64,000 nucleotides of DNA from Lysobacterales bacterium (GCA_038252715.1 JBBSAA010000001.1:251-64250), one strand, 5' to 3'; shown: positions 1-11,242, numbered from the stretch's first letter. Notes: a model not told the origin generated them from the sequence alone. Translations and numbers: made by a program.

Positions 1-249
1 TTGATGTGCGAGGGCACCATTGACGTCGGCGGGCTCGAATGGCGCCATGGCATTCAATTCGAGACCTACTTCGCTGATGATCTGGTGCGGCTCAGGCCGC
101 TGCAGAACGACGGCTTGGTCACCGTAACCCCCGGGGCCATCACCGCCACCGCGCGAGGGCGGCTGCTCTTGCGTATCATTGCGGCATGTTTCGATCACTA
201 CCTGCACCAGCCCAGCGCTACGGTCGGACGCTATTCGCGGACGATCTGA
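1..249 (+). CDS. hemN: Oxygen-independent coproporphyrinogen III oxidase, C-terminal part (truncated by window edge)
   Basis: C-terminal motif GRLLLRIIAACFDHYL...RYSRTI is typical of HemN; lies next to an FNR gene. Confidence 0.85.
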   Translation: MMCEGTIDVGGLEWRHGIQFETYFADDLVRLRPLQNDGLVTVTPGAITATARGRLLLRIIAACFDHYLHQPSATVGRYSRTI

Positions 250-253
250 GCCA

Positions 254-1024
254 ATGGCGGTCGTCACCGTGATGAACCGCGCTAATTCGCGCGCCGCAAA
301 AACCTCGGCGATGTCCGACGATGGCACCGCGCTGACGTTTTGCAGTACGTGCGCTTTTTCTGCCGCTTGCCTGTCGCAAGGAATGGACAAATCAAGCTTA
401 GGCGAACTGCACGTCCTGGTCGAACACGTCGGCCCTTTCCACGAGGGCGAGGTCTTGTTCCGTGAAGGCGATGAATTCACCGCCATCGCCGCTGTTCGCG
501 CCGGCACAGTCAAGACCTATGTGCTGGATGCCTCAGGACAGGAACAGGTGCTGGGCTTCTTCTTGCCTGGGGAAGTCATCGGACTCAACGCGATCTCGCA
601 TTCACGCTATCCGTGTACGGCGGTGGCGCTCGACACGGTAATGCTGTGCCGATTCTCGTTCCCAAAGATGGCCGTACTGGCCACCCGCTTGCCGGGGCTG
701 CAGGCGCAGCTGTTTCGCTTGCTCTCCAATGACATCGGCAAGGCCACCCTGCTAGGCGGTGACTACTCGGCCGACGAACGCATGGCTGCCTTCTTGGTCT
801 CGCTCTCGCGCCGTTATGCGGAGCGCGGTTTTTCGCCGCTGCGCTTCCACCTCACGATGACCCGTACTGATATGGCCAATTACCTGCGCCTCGCGCCGGA
901 AACGGTTAGCCGCGTACTGCGCCGCTTCCAAGACGAAGCCTTGGTTGCGGTTGAACGGCGCGAACTTGACGTGCTCGACTTGGCTCGCCTGGAAACTTTG
1001 GCACGGGCCATCTTGCGCGACTGA
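254..1024 (+). CDS. FNR-family transcriptional regulator ([4Fe-4S] type)
   Basis: CSTCAFSAAC (C-x2-C-x5-C), central MLCRF Cys, cNMP-like domain, HTH ETVSR. Start set at ATG 254, just after the hemN stop. Confidence 0.9.
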   Translation: MAVVTVMNRANSRAAKTSAMSDDGTALTFCSTCAFSAACLSQGMDKSSLGELHVLVEHVGPFHEGEVLFREGDEFTAIAAVRAGTVKTYVLDASGQEQVLGFFLPGEVIGLNAISHSRYPCTAVALDTVMLCRFSFPKMAVLATRLPGLQAQLFRLLSNDIGKATLLGGDYSADERMAAFLVSLSRRYAERGFSPLRFHLTMTRTDMANYLRLAPETVSRVLRRFQDEALVAVERRELDVLDLARLETLARAILRD

Positions 1025-1067
1025 CACCGGTTTTAGACCTTGGTCGCCGAGCCGTTCGCGGCTGTTC

Positions 1068-1081
1068 TTGACTTGGGTCAG
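1068..1081. promoter_or_regulatory. FNR/DNR-like box upstream of qNor
   Basis: TTGAC-TTGG-GTCAG, ~58 bp before the ATG. Confidence 0.65.
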
Positions 1082-1138
1082 GGCGCAAAGCAAGCACAAA
1101 CGCCAGCATCACCAACATCCCTAGAGAGGAGTTGTGTG

Positions 1139-3415
1139 ATGGACCAAACCCGAAAGCTCTGGCTGGGCCTCGCGGCACTGCTAGTCGCGTCGTTCTCCGT
1201 GCTGGCATGGATGGGCGGCGAGATCCATCGACAAGCGCCGCCCATGCCTACCGCCGTAGTCACGGCCAGTGGCACCACGATCTACACCCAGGCTGACATC
1301 GAAACTGGGCGTCAGGTTTGGCAAAGTTTCGGCGGCCAACAGCTGGGATCGATCTGGGGCCACGGCGCCTTGGTCGCACCCGACTGGAGCGCCGACTGGC
1401 TGCACCGGGAAGCGACGACGCGGCTTGATTTGCGCGCGCTGAGCGCGTTCGGAAAAAACTACGAGCAGCTCGCCGCTGGTGATCGCGCCAAGCTGCAGGC
1501 GGAGTTGGCTCCGGACATGCGTCGCAATGGTTATGACCCAGCGACAGGTGTGCTGACCGTTGCCGACGAACGCGGTGTGGCCATTGCCGAGGTCGCCGCG
1601 CACTATGAGAGCCTGTTCAGCGACGACCCAGCGACGGCCGCCTTGCGTGAAACCTACGCAATGCGCGAGCACACTGTCGACAATCCCGAATACCGGCGCC
1701 AGATGACCGGCTTCTTCTTCTGGACGGCGTGGGCCGCGGGCACCGAGCGCCCCGGCGCGGCAGTGACCTACACCAACAACTGGCCCTATGAGCCACTGAT
1801 CAACAACGCGCCTAGTTCCAGCACCTTCCTGTGGACGGTGTTCAGCGTGTTGTTCATGATCGCCGGCATTGGCCTGCTGGGCTGGCATTACGCCGCCTTC
1901 CACGGCAAAGAAAAGCCGCCGGTTCCGCCGCTGACCGACCCCTTGCTCGACATCACGCTAACCCCGTCGATGAAAGCGACGGCGAAGTATTTCTGGTTGG
2001 TCATCGCGTTGTTCTTGGTGCAGATCTTGCTCGGCGCCACCACCGCGCATTTCCAGGTTGAGGGTCAACAGTTCTATGGTTTCAAGCTGGCCGACATACT
2101 CCCCTATGCCTTGACCCGCAGTTGGCACACGCAGCTGGCGGTGCTTTGGATCGCGACCGCGTGGCTGGGCACCGGCCTGTACATCGCGCCAGCGATCTCC
2201 GGGCATGAACCGAAGTTCCAGCGTGCCGGCGTCAACTTCCTGTTTACCTGCCTGGTTATCATCGTGGTCGGCGCGTTTACTGGCCAATGGTTTGCGGTGA
2301 TGCAGAAGCTGGGCCTCGCCAACAACTTCTGGTTTGGCCACCAAGGCTGGGAATACGTCGATATTGGCCGGTTCTGGCAGGCCTTCCTGTTCGTTGGCTT
2401 GATGGTGTGGCTGTTGCTGATGGGCCGCGCGCTGTGGCCGGCGCTGCGGCGCAAGGACGAGATGTCGTCCATCGTGGGCCTGCTGTTCTTGTCCACGGTC
2501 GCAATCGGTATGTTCTATGCCGCCGGCCTGATGTGGGGCGAGCATACGCATCTGTCGATGGTTGAATACTGGCGCTGGTGGGTTGTGCACCTGTGGGTCG
2601 AGGGCTTCTTTGAAGTGTTCGCCGTCGCAGTGATGAGCTTCCTGTTCGTCAAGCTGGGTCTCGTGCGCGGCCGCACGGCGACGGTGAACGTGTTGTTCGC
2701 CACCGTGGTGTTTATGGCTGGCGGCGTGCTCGGCACCTTCCACCACCTGTACTTCACGGGCACAACGACCGCCGTCGTCGCTTTGGGCGCCTCGTTCTCG
2801 GCCTTGGAAGTGGTCCCGCTCGCCTTCATCGGCATGGAAGCCTATGAAAACTGGAGCCATAGCCAAGCCACGCCGTGGATGGCGCGATACAAATGGCCGA
2901 TCATGTTCTTCATCGCGGTCTCGTTTTGGAACTTGGTCGGCGCCGGTCTGTTCGGATTCCTGATCAATACCCCGCTCGCGCTTTACTACATGCAGGGTTT
3001 GAACTTGACCGCGCTGCACGGCCACACGGCATTGATGGGCGTGTACGGCATGTTGGGCATCGGCCTGCTGCTGTTCTGCCTGCGCGGCCTGAAGCCAACG
3101 GCGGCATGGAACGGTTCATGGCTGAAAGCCAGTTTTTGGGCGTTCAACATCGGCCTTTCGATGATGGCGGTGTTCACCTTGCTGCCACTCGGGCTGCTGC
3201 AGCTCAATGCCGCGCTTGAGCACGGCTACTGGTATGCCCGCTCGGCCGAGTTCATGGGCAAGCCCATCATTGACCTGCTGGTTTGGATGCGGGTGCCGGG
3301 AGACACCATATTCTCGGCGGGCGCCTTGCTGCTGGCGTGGTTTGTCCTGCGCTTGTGGCTTGCTCCGCGTGCCGAGTCGGTGGTGGCCAAGCCGGGACTT
3401 GCACTCGAGACCTGA
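1139..3415 (+). CDS. norB: Quinol-dependent nitric oxide reductase (qNor, NorB/NorZ type)
   Basis: GSIWGHG, WWVVHLWVEGFFE, GTFHH and HGH motifs; RBS GAGAGGA before ATG 1139. Confidence 0.95.
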   Translation: MDQTRKLWLGLAALLVASFSVLAWMGGEIHRQAPPMPTAVVTASGTTIYTQADIETGRQVWQSFGGQQLGSIWGHGALVAPDWSADWLHREATTRLDLRALSAFGKNYEQLAAGDRAKLQAELAPDMRRNGYDPATGVLTVADERGVAIAEVAAHYESLFSDDPATAALRETYAMREHTVDNPEYRRQMTGFFFWTAWAAGTERPGAAVTYTNNWPYEPLINNAPSSSTFLWTVFSVLFMIAGIGLLGWHYAAFHGKEKPPVPPLTDPLLDITLTPSMKATAKYFWLVIALFLVQILLGATTAHFQVEGQQFYGFKLADILPYALTRSWHTQLAVLWIATAWLGTGLYIAPAISGHEPKFQRAGVNFLFTCLVIIVVGAFTGQWFAVMQKLGLANNFWFGHQGWEYVDIGRFWQAFLFVGLMVWLLLMGRALWPALRRKDEMSSIVGLLFLSTVAIGMFYAAGLMWGEHTHLSMVEYWRWWVVHLWVEGFFEVFAVAVMSFLFVKLGLVRGRTATVNVLFATVVFMAGGVLGTFHHLYFTGTTTAVVALGASFSALEVVPLAFIGMEAYENWSHSQATPWMARYKWPIMFFIAVSFWNLVGAGLFGFLINTPLALYYMQGLNLTALHGHTALMGVYGMLGIGLLLFCLRGLKPTAAWNGSWLKASFWAFNIGLSMMAVFTLLPLGLLQLNAALEHGYWYARSAEFMGKPIIDLLVWMRVPGDTIFSAGALLLAWFVLRLWLAPRAESVVAKPGLALET

Positions 3416-3440
3416 GCCTTACCGTCCAAGTGAAACCAAA

Positions 3441-3466
3441 GGGGCCGCGCAAGCGGCCTCTTTTTT
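3441..3466 (+). terminator. Intrinsic terminator after qNor
   Basis: GGGGCCGC-GCAA-GCGGCCTC followed by TTTTTT. Confidence 0.85.
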
Positions 3467-3505
3467 GTCCCAAAGCGGCGCCGAACGCCCGCGGCGTACG
3501 CCGGG

Positions 3506-3519
3506 CTGACTTGGATCAA
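3506..3519. promoter_or_regulatory. FNR/DNR-like box upstream of nnrS
   Basis: CTGAC-TTGG-ATCAA. Confidence 0.65.
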
Positions 3520-3634
3520 GGCGACCAAGTCCAAGTAATCGCAAAATTGCTGTCGAAACAACAATTCGATCGCACACTTGCAATTGAAGTAGCAACGGCT
3601 GATCGAAAAATTGCGATCGAAGGAAGAAAACTGC

Positions 3635-4867
3635 ATGTCTACCGCAATCCCCGATTCCAGTGCCCCTGTGTTGCGCGTGCTTGCGCAGGCGCCACATCGA
3701 CTGTTGTTCTTGGCCGGCGCCTGCAACGTTGTGTTGGCAATGCTGTGGTGGGGGATCACTTTGTTTGCGATGCGCTGGCACGTCGGCGTGACCCTTCCTG
3801 CACCGTCCATCCCCGCAGGCTGGGCACATGCGATCGTCATGCAATATCAAGTGTTGCCGCCTTTCATGTTTGGCTTCTTGCTCACGGTGTTTCCCCGCTG
3901 GATGAACCTGCCGTCGTTGACGCGCTGGCACTACCTGCCGATTGGCTTGGGCCTGCTGGGCGGGCAAGTGCTGACCTTGGTCGGGCTGCTGGGTCATCCC
4001 GTGCTCGTTTGGCTGGGATTGCTGCAGACCCTCGCGGGCTGGCTGGTCGCCTTGGGCTTCTTGGTTGCGCTGTTGTGGAGTGAAGAGAAAACCACTTGGC
4101 ATGCGGTCAGCTGCGCCGTGGCGCTCGGTTTTGGCGCCATTGGCCTGATGTTGGTGTTTGCTTGGCAATACTCAGGCAACCCGCGCTTGATGTTCGCGGC
4201 GATCAAGATCGGAAGTTTTGCCCTGTTGCTGCCGATCTACATGACCGTGGCACATCGGATGTTCCCATTCTTCGCCAGCGTGGTCGTACCCGGCTACCGA
4301 ATGTTCCGGCCGATGTGGGCGCTGGCCGCCATGTGGCTGCTGTGTCTGGTCCATCTCGGGCTCGAGCTGACTCACACTTACGCATGGTTATGGGCGAGTG
4401 ACCTACCCCTTACAGCAATTTCAGCGTGGCTAATGTGGCGATGGCGCGTACCACTTTCGGCGCCGGCGCTGTTGCGGGTCTTGTTCGCTGGCTACGCTTG
4501 GCTGCCGGTGGCGATGCTGCTGTATTCCGCGCAGAGCCTGTGGCTGCTGGCCAGCGGCGAATACGCCTTGGGACGTGCGCCGGCGCACGCCCTTTTCATC
4601 GGATTCTTCGGCAGCTTGTTGGTGGCGATGGTCACCCGCGTCACTCAGGGACACTCGGGGCGACCGCTAGAACTGGGACGACTGGCCGTGTTTGCATTCT
4701 TCTGCCTGCAACTGGTCACCGTATTGCGAATTGGCGCCGAGCTCGTCGCCGATTCGCTTGAATGGCAGGCCATTGCGGCGGCGCTATGGCTGGTCGCGTT
4801 CTTGCCCTGGGTCTTAGGCTCATTGAAGATCTACCTGTCGCCACGCGTCGACGGCAAGGTTGGCTGA
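3635..4867 (+). CDS. nnrS: NnrS family NO-response membrane protein
   Basis: APHRLLFLAG, FMFGFLLT, HALFIG, MVTRVTQGHSGR and C-terminal PRVDGKVG. Confidence 0.92.
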   Translation: MSTAIPDSSAPVLRVLAQAPHRLLFLAGACNVVLAMLWWGITLFAMRWHVGVTLPAPSIPAGWAHAIVMQYQVLPPFMFGFLLTVFPRWMNLPSLTRWHYLPIGLGLLGGQVLTLVGLLGHPVLVWLGLLQTLAGWLVALGFLVALLWSEEKTTWHAVSCAVALGFGAIGLMLVFAWQYSGNPRLMFAAIKIGSFALLLPIYMTVAHRMFPFFASVVVPGYRMFRPMWALAAMWLLCLVHLGLELTHTYAWLWASDLPLTAISAWLMWRWRVPLSAPALLRVLFAGYAWLPVAMLLYSAQSLWLLASGEYALGRAPAHALFIGFFGSLLVAMVTRVTQGHSGRPLELGRLAVFAFFCLQLVTVLRIGAELVADSLEWQAIAAALWLVAFLPWVLGSLKIYLSPRVDGKVG

Positions 4868-4868
4868 C

Positions 4869-5270
4869 ATGATTGTTTTCTATCCCGCAATCAAGGCCGT
4901 GCACATCTACGCCGTGCTTTGCAGCGGCAGCCTCTTCCTGCTGCGCGGCATCCTAGTCGCTCGCGGCTCGCGCTGGGGCATGGCGGCACCCATCCGTTAC
5001 CTCAGCTACAGCGTCGACACGGTCCTGCTGACCGCGGCGCTGATGCTGCTGACCATTTTGCCCGCGGCGGTGTTCGCCAATGGCTGGCTGGCGGTCAAAT
5101 TGGCCCTGCTGGTGATTTACGTCGTTCTTGGCACGATTGCGCTCAAGCGAGGGCGCACCCCCAAGGGTCGCGCAGCCGCTTTTGTGAGCGCGATAGCGGT
5201 GTTCTTGACCATGATTGGTATCGCCCGGGCCCACGCCCCTTGGGGCTGGCTACACCTGTGGCTGTCTTGA
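4869..5270 (+). CDS. SirB2 family membrane protein
   Basis: IKAVH...VDTVLL...WLAVK...YVVLG pattern, four hydrophobic segments. Confidence 0.8.
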   Translation: MIVFYPAIKAVHIYAVLCSGSLFLLRGILVARGSRWGMAAPIRYLSYSVDTVLLTAALMLLTILPAAVFANGWLAVKLALLVIYVVLGTIALKRGRTPKGRAAAFVSAIAVFLTMIGIARAHAPWGWLHLWLS

Positions 5271-5288
5271 ACTGAATCTGACCTACAG

Positions 5289-5302
5289 TTGACCCGCGTC
5301 AA
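5289..5302. promoter_or_regulatory. FNR/DNR-like box upstream of nirK
   Basis: Palindromic TTGAC-CCGC-GTCAA. Confidence 0.75.
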
Positions 5303-5360
5303 TAGCCGGGGCGGCCGATGCGAGTAGCCTGCACTTACTTTAGAGGCTGGGGATGGCGCG

Positions 5361-6875
5361 ATGAAGAACAAACTACTTTTACTGCTGGTGCTCGCCGCGC
5401 TCGGCTTGCCGGCCGGCTGCGACCGCAGCGCAACCGACAATGCGACTTCCGCCACCGCGGCGACCGCCGTGGAGACGGGCGGATCGGCAAAAGGCGATTT
5501 TGGCCCGCCGCAGGGTGAACCGGTGCATGCGGTCCTCACCAGCCCACCGAATGTGCCACCGGCAACGGGCCGTCATGCGCCGGTGAAGGTCATTGTCGAA
5601 CTGGAAGTCGTCGAAAAGGAAATGTCGATTTCCGAGGGCGTTAAATACACCTTCTGGACCTTTGGCGGCACCGTTCCCGGCAGCTTCATCCGCGTGCGCC
5701 AAGGCGACACGGTGGAGTTTCACCTCAAGAATGCTCCCGACAGCAAAATGCCGCACAACATCGACCTGCACGGTGTCACCGGCCCGGGTGGTGGCGCGGC
5801 ATCGAGCTTTACCGCGCCTGGCCACCAGTCGCAATTTACTTTCAAAGCGCTTAACCAAGGCATTTTCGTCTACCACTGCGCCACGGCTCCGGTCGGCATG
5901 CACATTGCCAACGGCATGTACGGCCTGATCTTGGTCGAGCCGCCGGAAGGCCTGCCGGCAGTGGACCACGAGTACTATGTGATGCAGGGTGATTTCTACA
6001 CGACCGGCAAATACCGTGAGAAAGGCCACCAGCCTTTCAGCATGGAAAAAGCGATCGACGAGAATCCGACCTACGTGTTGTTCAACGGTGCCGAAGGCGC
6101 ACTGACGGGTGACAAGGCGCTGACCGCAAAAACTGACGAAAAGATTCGCCTGTTCGTCGGTAACGGCGGGCCCAACCTGATCTCGAGTTTCCACGTGATC
6201 GGTGAAATCTTCGACCGCGTGCAGCAAGAAGGCGGCACGCATCCGCAAGAAAACGTGCAAACCACGCTGATTCCATCGGGCGGTGCCGCGATCGTCGAAT
6301 TCCACACCGAGGTACCGGGCAGCTACGTGATCGTCGATCACTCGATCTTCCGCGCGTTCAACAAAGGTGCGCTGGCGATCCTCAAGGTGGACGGTCCGGA
6401 GAACAAGGCGATCTATTCAGGCAAGGAAGTTGACTCGGTGTATCTCGGCGACCGCGCCGGACCCGACCTGGCTGCCGTCACTACCGCCAGCAAGGCCGCT
6501 GCTGCGGGCACATTGACGCTGGACGAACAGGTCAAGGCGGGTGAGCAGTTGTTCTCAGGCACCTGCTCGACCTGTCACCAAGGCAATGGTGCCGGCCTGC
6601 CGGGCGTGTTCCCGCCACTGGCTAAATCCGACTACCTGGCGGCCAATCCCAAGCGTGCGATCAACATCGTCACCCATGGCCTGACCGGCAAGGTCGTCGT
6701 CAACGGCCAGGAATATGATTCAGTGATGCCGCCGATGAGCCAGCTCACCGACGATGAAGTTGCGAACATCCTGACCTATGTTCTGAACAGCTGGGGCAAC
6801 CCGGGTGGTCGCATCAGCGCCAAGGAAGTCACCGAGGCGCGCAAGACCGGCACCACGGCGACCGCGGGGCACTGA
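5361..6875 (+). CDS. nirK: Copper nitrite reductase lipoprotein with C-terminal cytochrome c domain
   Basis: Lipobox-like LPAGC; HNIDLH, YHCA..HIANGM, SSFHVIG; C-terminal CSTCH haem motif. Confidence 0.95.
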   Translation: MKNKLLLLLVLAALGLPAGCDRSATDNATSATAATAVETGGSAKGDFGPPQGEPVHAVLTSPPNVPPATGRHAPVKVIVELEVVEKEMSISEGVKYTFWTFGGTVPGSFIRVRQGDTVEFHLKNAPDSKMPHNIDLHGVTGPGGGAASSFTAPGHQSQFTFKALNQGIFVYHCATAPVGMHIANGMYGLILVEPPEGLPAVDHEYYVMQGDFYTTGKYREKGHQPFSMEKAIDENPTYVLFNGAEGALTGDKALTAKTDEKIRLFVGNGGPNLISSFHVIGEIFDRVQQEGGTHPQENVQTTLIPSGGAAIVEFHTEVPGSYVIVDHSIFRAFNKGALAILKVDGPENKAIYSGKEVDSVYLGDRAGPDLAAVTTASKAAAAGTLTLDEQVKAGEQLFSGTCSTCHQGNGAGLPGVFPPLAKSDYLAANPKRAINIVTHGLTGKVVVNGQEYDSVMPPMSQLTDDEVANILTYVLNSWGNPGGRISAKEVTEARKTGTTATAGH

Positions 6876-6878
6876 ACC

Positions 6879-7646
6879 ATGCGCGCACGCTGGCTGCTGC
6901 TGTGTTTGCTCGCTGTCGGCATGCAGGCGAATGCGGACGACTATGTGAACTTGCCGGGAGGCAAGTTCAAGAGCGTCCTCAAATACGGTGATACCGGCGG
7001 GAACCTTTCGGTCGCGCCATTTGCACTGATGAAGCAGCCAGTGACGAACGCGCAGTTCCTGGCCTTCGTCCGCGCGCAACCGCAGTGGCGCAAAGACCGT
7101 GTCACTCGCGCCTATGCCGAAGCGCGCTACTTACAGCACTGGTCAGGCGCGCTGGCGCTGGGTGCGACGGCAAAACCGTCGCAGCCGGTGGTCAATGTCA
7201 GCTGGTTTGCTGCGAGCGCCTACTGTGAATCGCAGGGCGCCCGCCTACCCACCTGGTCCGAATGGGAGTACGCCGCGGCGGCCGATCAAACCCGTCGCGA
7301 TGCCCGTAAGGACCCTGCTTGGCGCGAAGCTATTTTGGGCTGGTACGGAAAGCCGTCGAACGCGCCCTTGGGCTTGGTCGGGCAATCTCCGGCCAATGTC
7401 TATGGCGTCGAAGACATGAATGGTTTGGTTTGGGAATGGGTGGACGACTATGCCGCCATCCTCGTTTCCGGCGATTCCCGCGAACAAGGTGATCCGGACT
7501 TGAAAAAGTTTTGCGGCGCCGGGGCGCTATCGATGGACGATCAGGAGAGCTACGCAATCTTGATGCGCATCGCCATGTTGTCCTCGCTTGAGGCGGCCAA
7601 TACGACCACCAGCCTCGGTTTCCGATGCGCTGTCCCACGCCCCTGA
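6879..7646 (+). CDS. Formylglycine-generating-enzyme family protein (NirV-like)
   Basis: PVVNVSW, RLPT.SEWEYAA, GLVWEW, LGFRC; directly downstream of nirK. Confidence 0.85.
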   Translation: MRARWLLLCLLAVGMQANADDYVNLPGGKFKSVLKYGDTGGNLSVAPFALMKQPVTNAQFLAFVRAQPQWRKDRVTRAYAEARYLQHWSGALALGATAKPSQPVVNVSWFAASAYCESQGARLPTWSEWEYAAAADQTRRDARKDPAWREAILGWYGKPSNAPLGLVGQSPANVYGVEDMNGLVWEWVDDYAAILVSGDSREQGDPDLKKFCGAGALSMDDQESYAILMRIAMLSSLEAANTTTSLGFRCAVPRP

Positions 7647-7654
7647 GGTTGCCC

Positions 7655-8227
7655 ATGTACCGAATCGCACTCCTGTTCGTTTTTCTGCTGGTGATGCCGG
7701 CAGCGTTTGCCTCGACACCGGCGACGCCGCTGCCGGGCGACTCGGTGCTGCAATTGCCGGGTGCGTTTACTGCCCAAGACGGCAAGGCATTCAAGCTGGC
7801 GGACAGGCGCGGTCATCCGCAACTGGTCACGATGTTTTATAGCTCTTGCCAATACATGTGCCCACTGATCGTGACCGCCGGCTTGGGTGTCGATAAGAGC
7901 CTGACTGCCAATGAACGCGCCAAGCTGCGCGTCCTGATGATTAGTCTCGATCCCGGCAGGGATTCGCCGCCGGTGCTCTCAGCACTGGCCAAGAAGCGCA
8001 ATCTCGACACGGCGCGTTGGACGCTTGCGCGCACCGATGAAGCCACCGTCCGCAAGTCTGCGGCCTTGCTCGGCGTGCGTTATCGTCGACTCGAAGATGG
8101 CGAATTCAACCACAGCAGTGCGTGGGTGCTGCTCGACGGACAGGGGCGCATTCTGGCGCGCACGGAAAAAATGACCGCCGTTCCCGACCCTGAGTTCCTG
8201 GCCAAAGTGCGACTGGCACTCAAATAA
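7655..8227 (+). CDS. SCO family copper chaperone
   Basis: CQYMCP (CxxxC), ISLDP..D, conserved His in FNHS. Confidence 0.9.
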   Translation: MYRIALLFVFLLVMPAAFASTPATPLPGDSVLQLPGAFTAQDGKAFKLADRRGHPQLVTMFYSSCQYMCPLIVTAGLGVDKSLTANERAKLRVLMISLDPGRDSPPVLSALAKKRNLDTARWTLARTDEATVRKSAALLGVRYRRLEDGEFNHSSAWVLLDGQGRILARTEKMTAVPDPEFLAKVRLALK

Positions 8228-8296
8228 AATCGGCAATTGCCAGGTCCGTATCGGGTCGGTTCACCCCCGATGATGCGACAACGGTAGTATCGCGGC

Positions 8297-8698
8297 ATGG
8301 ATTCCACCGCACTACGTTGGCTTTGGATTGTCAGTGGCTTTGCGGCTCTGGCTTTGGCCGTGATCGGCGTCGTTTTGCCCGTAATGCCGACCGTACCGTT
8401 CGTAGTGCTGGCCGCCTATTGTTTCGCGCGCGGCAGCAAGCGCTGGGAGCGCTGGCTGCTGGCGCATCCGGTGATGGGTCCGATGGTGCGCAACTGGCGT
8501 GAGTCGCGCTCGATACCGCTGCGCGCAAAATGGCTCAGCACAGTCACGATGACGCTGAGCTCGGCCCTGTCGTGGTGGTATCTACCAGTATCGTACGGCT
8601 GGGTACCGGCGGCCGTGTGCACAGCGGTCGCGGCCTGGCTGTGGTGGATGCCAACCACACGCTCAGATCTCGACCCTTTCAATCGGCCACCGCAGTAA
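8297..8698 (+). CDS. YbaN/DUF454 family membrane protein
   Basis: GVVLPVMPTVPFVVLAAYCFARGS. Confidence 0.85.
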   Translation: MDSTALRWLWIVSGFAALALAVIGVVLPVMPTVPFVVLAAYCFARGSKRWERWLLAHPVMGPMVRNWRESRSIPLRAKWLSTVTMTLSSALSWWYLPVSYGWVPAAVCTAVAAWLWWMPTTRSDLDPFNRPPQ

Positions 8699-8918
8699 CC
8701 TCACTGCCGGCCGGTATCGGTCATGCAAATCCGCCGACTTCGGTCGAAATGCAAGCTCGCATTGGCAATTGATGATGGACTTTGGGCTCACGAGTCACTG
8801 GCGCCGGCACGGCGCGTGTTAGGGTGCGTCAACGCTCGATATACGAGTTTTCACCAGCATCTGCGGCCGCGACGGCCGCCCCGCCGAGCCCCGGACGCTC
8901 CGGCCCGGCTCGCTGCAA

Positions 8919-8932
8919 TTGATCCAAGTCAA
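8919..8932. promoter_or_regulatory. FNR box upstream of ccoN
   Basis: TTGAT-CCAA-GTCAA. Confidence 0.8.
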
Positions 8933-8985
8933 GTCGCTCGGCCGCACTAGGCCGAATAATTGTGCCGCGCCAGCAAGGAATCGCG

Positions 8986-10485
8986 ATGACCGACCACGCT
9001 CCAACCGAACCGCTTACCCCCTCCCGACCTGACACGGCACCAGATCGCGGCAGCTACAGCGACCGCGCCGTGCAGCAATTCGCGGTCATGACCGTGGTTT
9101 GGGGCATCGTCGGCATGCTGGTGGGCTGCCTGATCGCTGCCCAGCTGTACTGGCCGTCGCTGAACTTCGACACCGCCTGGCTGAGTTTTGGCCGCCTACG
9201 CCCGCTGCATACCAATGCCGTGATCTTTGCCTTCGGAGGTTCTGCGCTGATCGGCACCAGTCTGTACGTCGTGCAGCGCACCTGCCACGTTCGACTGATC
9301 TCCGACCGCCTGGCCGCGTTCGTGTTCTGGGGCTGGCAGCTGGTGATCGTGCTGGCGGCCATCACCTTGCCGATGGGCTTAACTCAGAGCAAGGAATACG
9401 CCGAACTGATTTGGCCGATCGACGTGCTGCTGGCCGTGGTCTGGGTCGCTTACGGCGTGCTGTTCTTCGGCACGATCATGAAGCGCCGGGTGCGCCATAT
9501 CTACGTTGCGAACTGGTTCTATGGCGCGTTCATCATCACGATTGCCGTGCTGCACATCGTCAACTCGTTGGCGATCCCGACCTCGCTAACGCACAGCTAT
9601 CCGATTTATTCGGGCGCGGTCGATGCGATGGTGCAGTGGTGGTACGGTCACAACGCGGTGGGTTTCTTCCTGACCGCCGGCTTCCTCGGCATGATGTATT
9701 ACTTCGTTCCGCGCCAAGCCGGGCGTCCGATTTATTCCTATCGACTGTCGATCGTGCATTTCTGGGCACTGATCGCGATCTACATGTGGGCTGGCCCGCA
9801 CCATTTGCAGTACACCGCGATCCCTGATTGGGCACAAAGCCTGAGCATGGTGTTCTCACTGATCCTGCTGGCGCCCAGCTGGGGCGGCATGATCAACGGC
9901 ATGATGACGCTGTCGGGCGCCTGGCATAAATTGCGCACCGACCCGATCTTGAAATTTCTGATCGTTTCGCTGTCGTTCTACGGCATGTCGACCTTCGAAG
10001 GTCCGATGATGTCGATCAAGACCGTCAACGCGCTGAGCCACTACACCGATTGGACGATTGGTCACGTGCATTCCGGTGCCTTGGGCTGGGTCGCGATGAT
10101 TACGATTGGCTCGATCTACATGCTGATCCCGCGTGGGCTGGGCTTGAAGAACATGTATTCGACCAAACTCATCGACCTGCACTTCTGGGTCCATACGATT
10201 GGCGTCGTGCTGTATGCCGCCTCGATGTGGGTGTCGGGCATCGGCCAAGGGCTGATGAGCCGCGCGACCAATGCCGACGGCACGCTGACCTACGCTTACG
10301 TCGAAATCGTTAAGTTCACCTATCCCTATTACTTGGTTCGTCTGTCCGGCGGCTTGCTGTGCCTGGCAGGAATGATCGTGATGGCGGTTAACGTGTACCG
10401 CACCTTCCAAATGGCGAATGGGCCGGTGGCTTCGCCGGTCCTTGCCCCCGCGATTGACTCGCACCTGCCCGAGGCGCCGCGATGA
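8986..10485 (+). CDS. ccoN: cbb3-type cytochrome c oxidase subunit I
   Basis: [33 protein letters not shown]. Confidence 0.97.
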   Translation: MTDHAPTEPLTPSRPDTAPDRGSYSDRAVQQFAVMTVVWGIVGMLVGCLIAAQLYWPSLNFDTAWLSFGRLRPLHTNAVIFAFGGSALIGTSLYVVQRTCHVRLISDRLAAFVFWGWQLVIVLAAITLPMGLTQSKEYAELIWPIDVLLAVVWVAYGVLFFGTIMKRRVRHIYVANWFYGAFIITIAVLHIVNSLAIPTSLTHSYPIYSGAVDAMVQWWYGHNAVGFFLTAGFLGMMYYFVPRQAGRPIYSYRLSIVHFWALIAIYMWAGPHHLQYTAIPDWAQSLSMVFSLILLAPSWGGMINGMMTLSGAWHKLRTDPILKFLIVSLSFYGMSTFEGPMMSIKTVNALSHYTDWTIGHVHSGALGWVAMITIGSIYMLIPRGLGLKNMYSTKLIDLHFWVHTIGVVLYAASMWVSGIGQGLMSRATNADGTLTYAYVEIVKFTYPYYLVRLSGGLLCLAGMIVMAVNVYRTFQMANGPVASPVLAPAIDSHLPEAPR

Positions 10486-11087
10486 GCCACGAAAAGTTGG
10501 AAACCAATATCGGCCTGATGGCGATTCTAATCGCCGTGGCGATTTCCTTCGGCGGCTTGGCCGAAATCGTCCCGTTGATGTACCAGGCCGAAGCGATCCA
10601 GCCTTTGCCGGGCGTGAAACCGTATCCAGCCTTGGAATTGGCCGGGCGCGATGTCTATGTGCGCGAAGGCTGCTACAACTGCCACTCGCAGATGGTGCGC
10701 ACACTGCGCTTCGAAACCGAGCGTTACGGCCATTACTCACTCGCGGGCGAATCGGTCTATGACCGCCCCTTCCAGTGGGGCAGCAAACGCACCGGGCCGG
10801 ACCTGGCGCGTATCGGCGGCCGCTACTCCGACGATTGGCATCGCGTGCATTTGAATAATCCGCGCGACGTGGTGCCTGAATCGAACATGCCGACCTACCC
10901 GTGGCTGGCGAAAACCATGGTGGACGGTGAGGTGGTCACCGACAACATCCGCGCCCTGCGCCGACTCGGTGATCCCTACACGCAGCAAGACCTCGACGGC
11001 GCCGCCGCAGCGGTTGATGGCAAAACTGAACTCGATGCCTTGGTCGCCTATTTGCAGGGCCTCGGCAAACACGCACCGAAGGGCTGA
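10482..11087 (+). CDS. ccoO: cbb3 oxidase subunit II
   Basis: [22 protein letters not shown]. Confidence 0.97.
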   Translation: MSHEKLETNIGLMAILIAVAISFGGLAEIVPLMYQAEAIQPLPGVKPYPALELAGRDVYVREGCYNCHSQMVRTLRFETERYGHYSLAGESVYDRPFQWGSKRTGPDLARIGGRYSDDWHRVHLNNPRDVVPESNMPTYPWLAKTMVDGEVVTDNIRALRRLGDPYTQQDLDGAAAAVDGKTELDALVAYLQGLGKHAPKG

Positions 11088-11089
11088 AC

Positions 11090-11242
11090 ATGCTTTCTGG
11101 AATCATCACCGCCGTCCTGCTTTGCCTGTTTATCGCCGGCACGTTCTGGGCGTGGAGCGGCAAACGTCGCGCTGAATTCGAAGAAGCCGCGGCGCTGCCG
11201 CTGCACGATGAGATCGACGACGACTTGGGAAATCGCTCATGA
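11090..11242 (+). CDS. ccoQ: cbb3 oxidase subunit CcoQ (50 aa, missing from the ORF track)
   Basis: Hand translation MLSGIITAVLLCLFIAGTFWAWSGKRRAEFEEAAALPL...; ATGA overlap with ccoP. Confidence 0.9.
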   Translation: MLSGIITAVLLCLFIAGTFWAWSGKRRAEFEEAAALPLHDEIDDDLGNRS

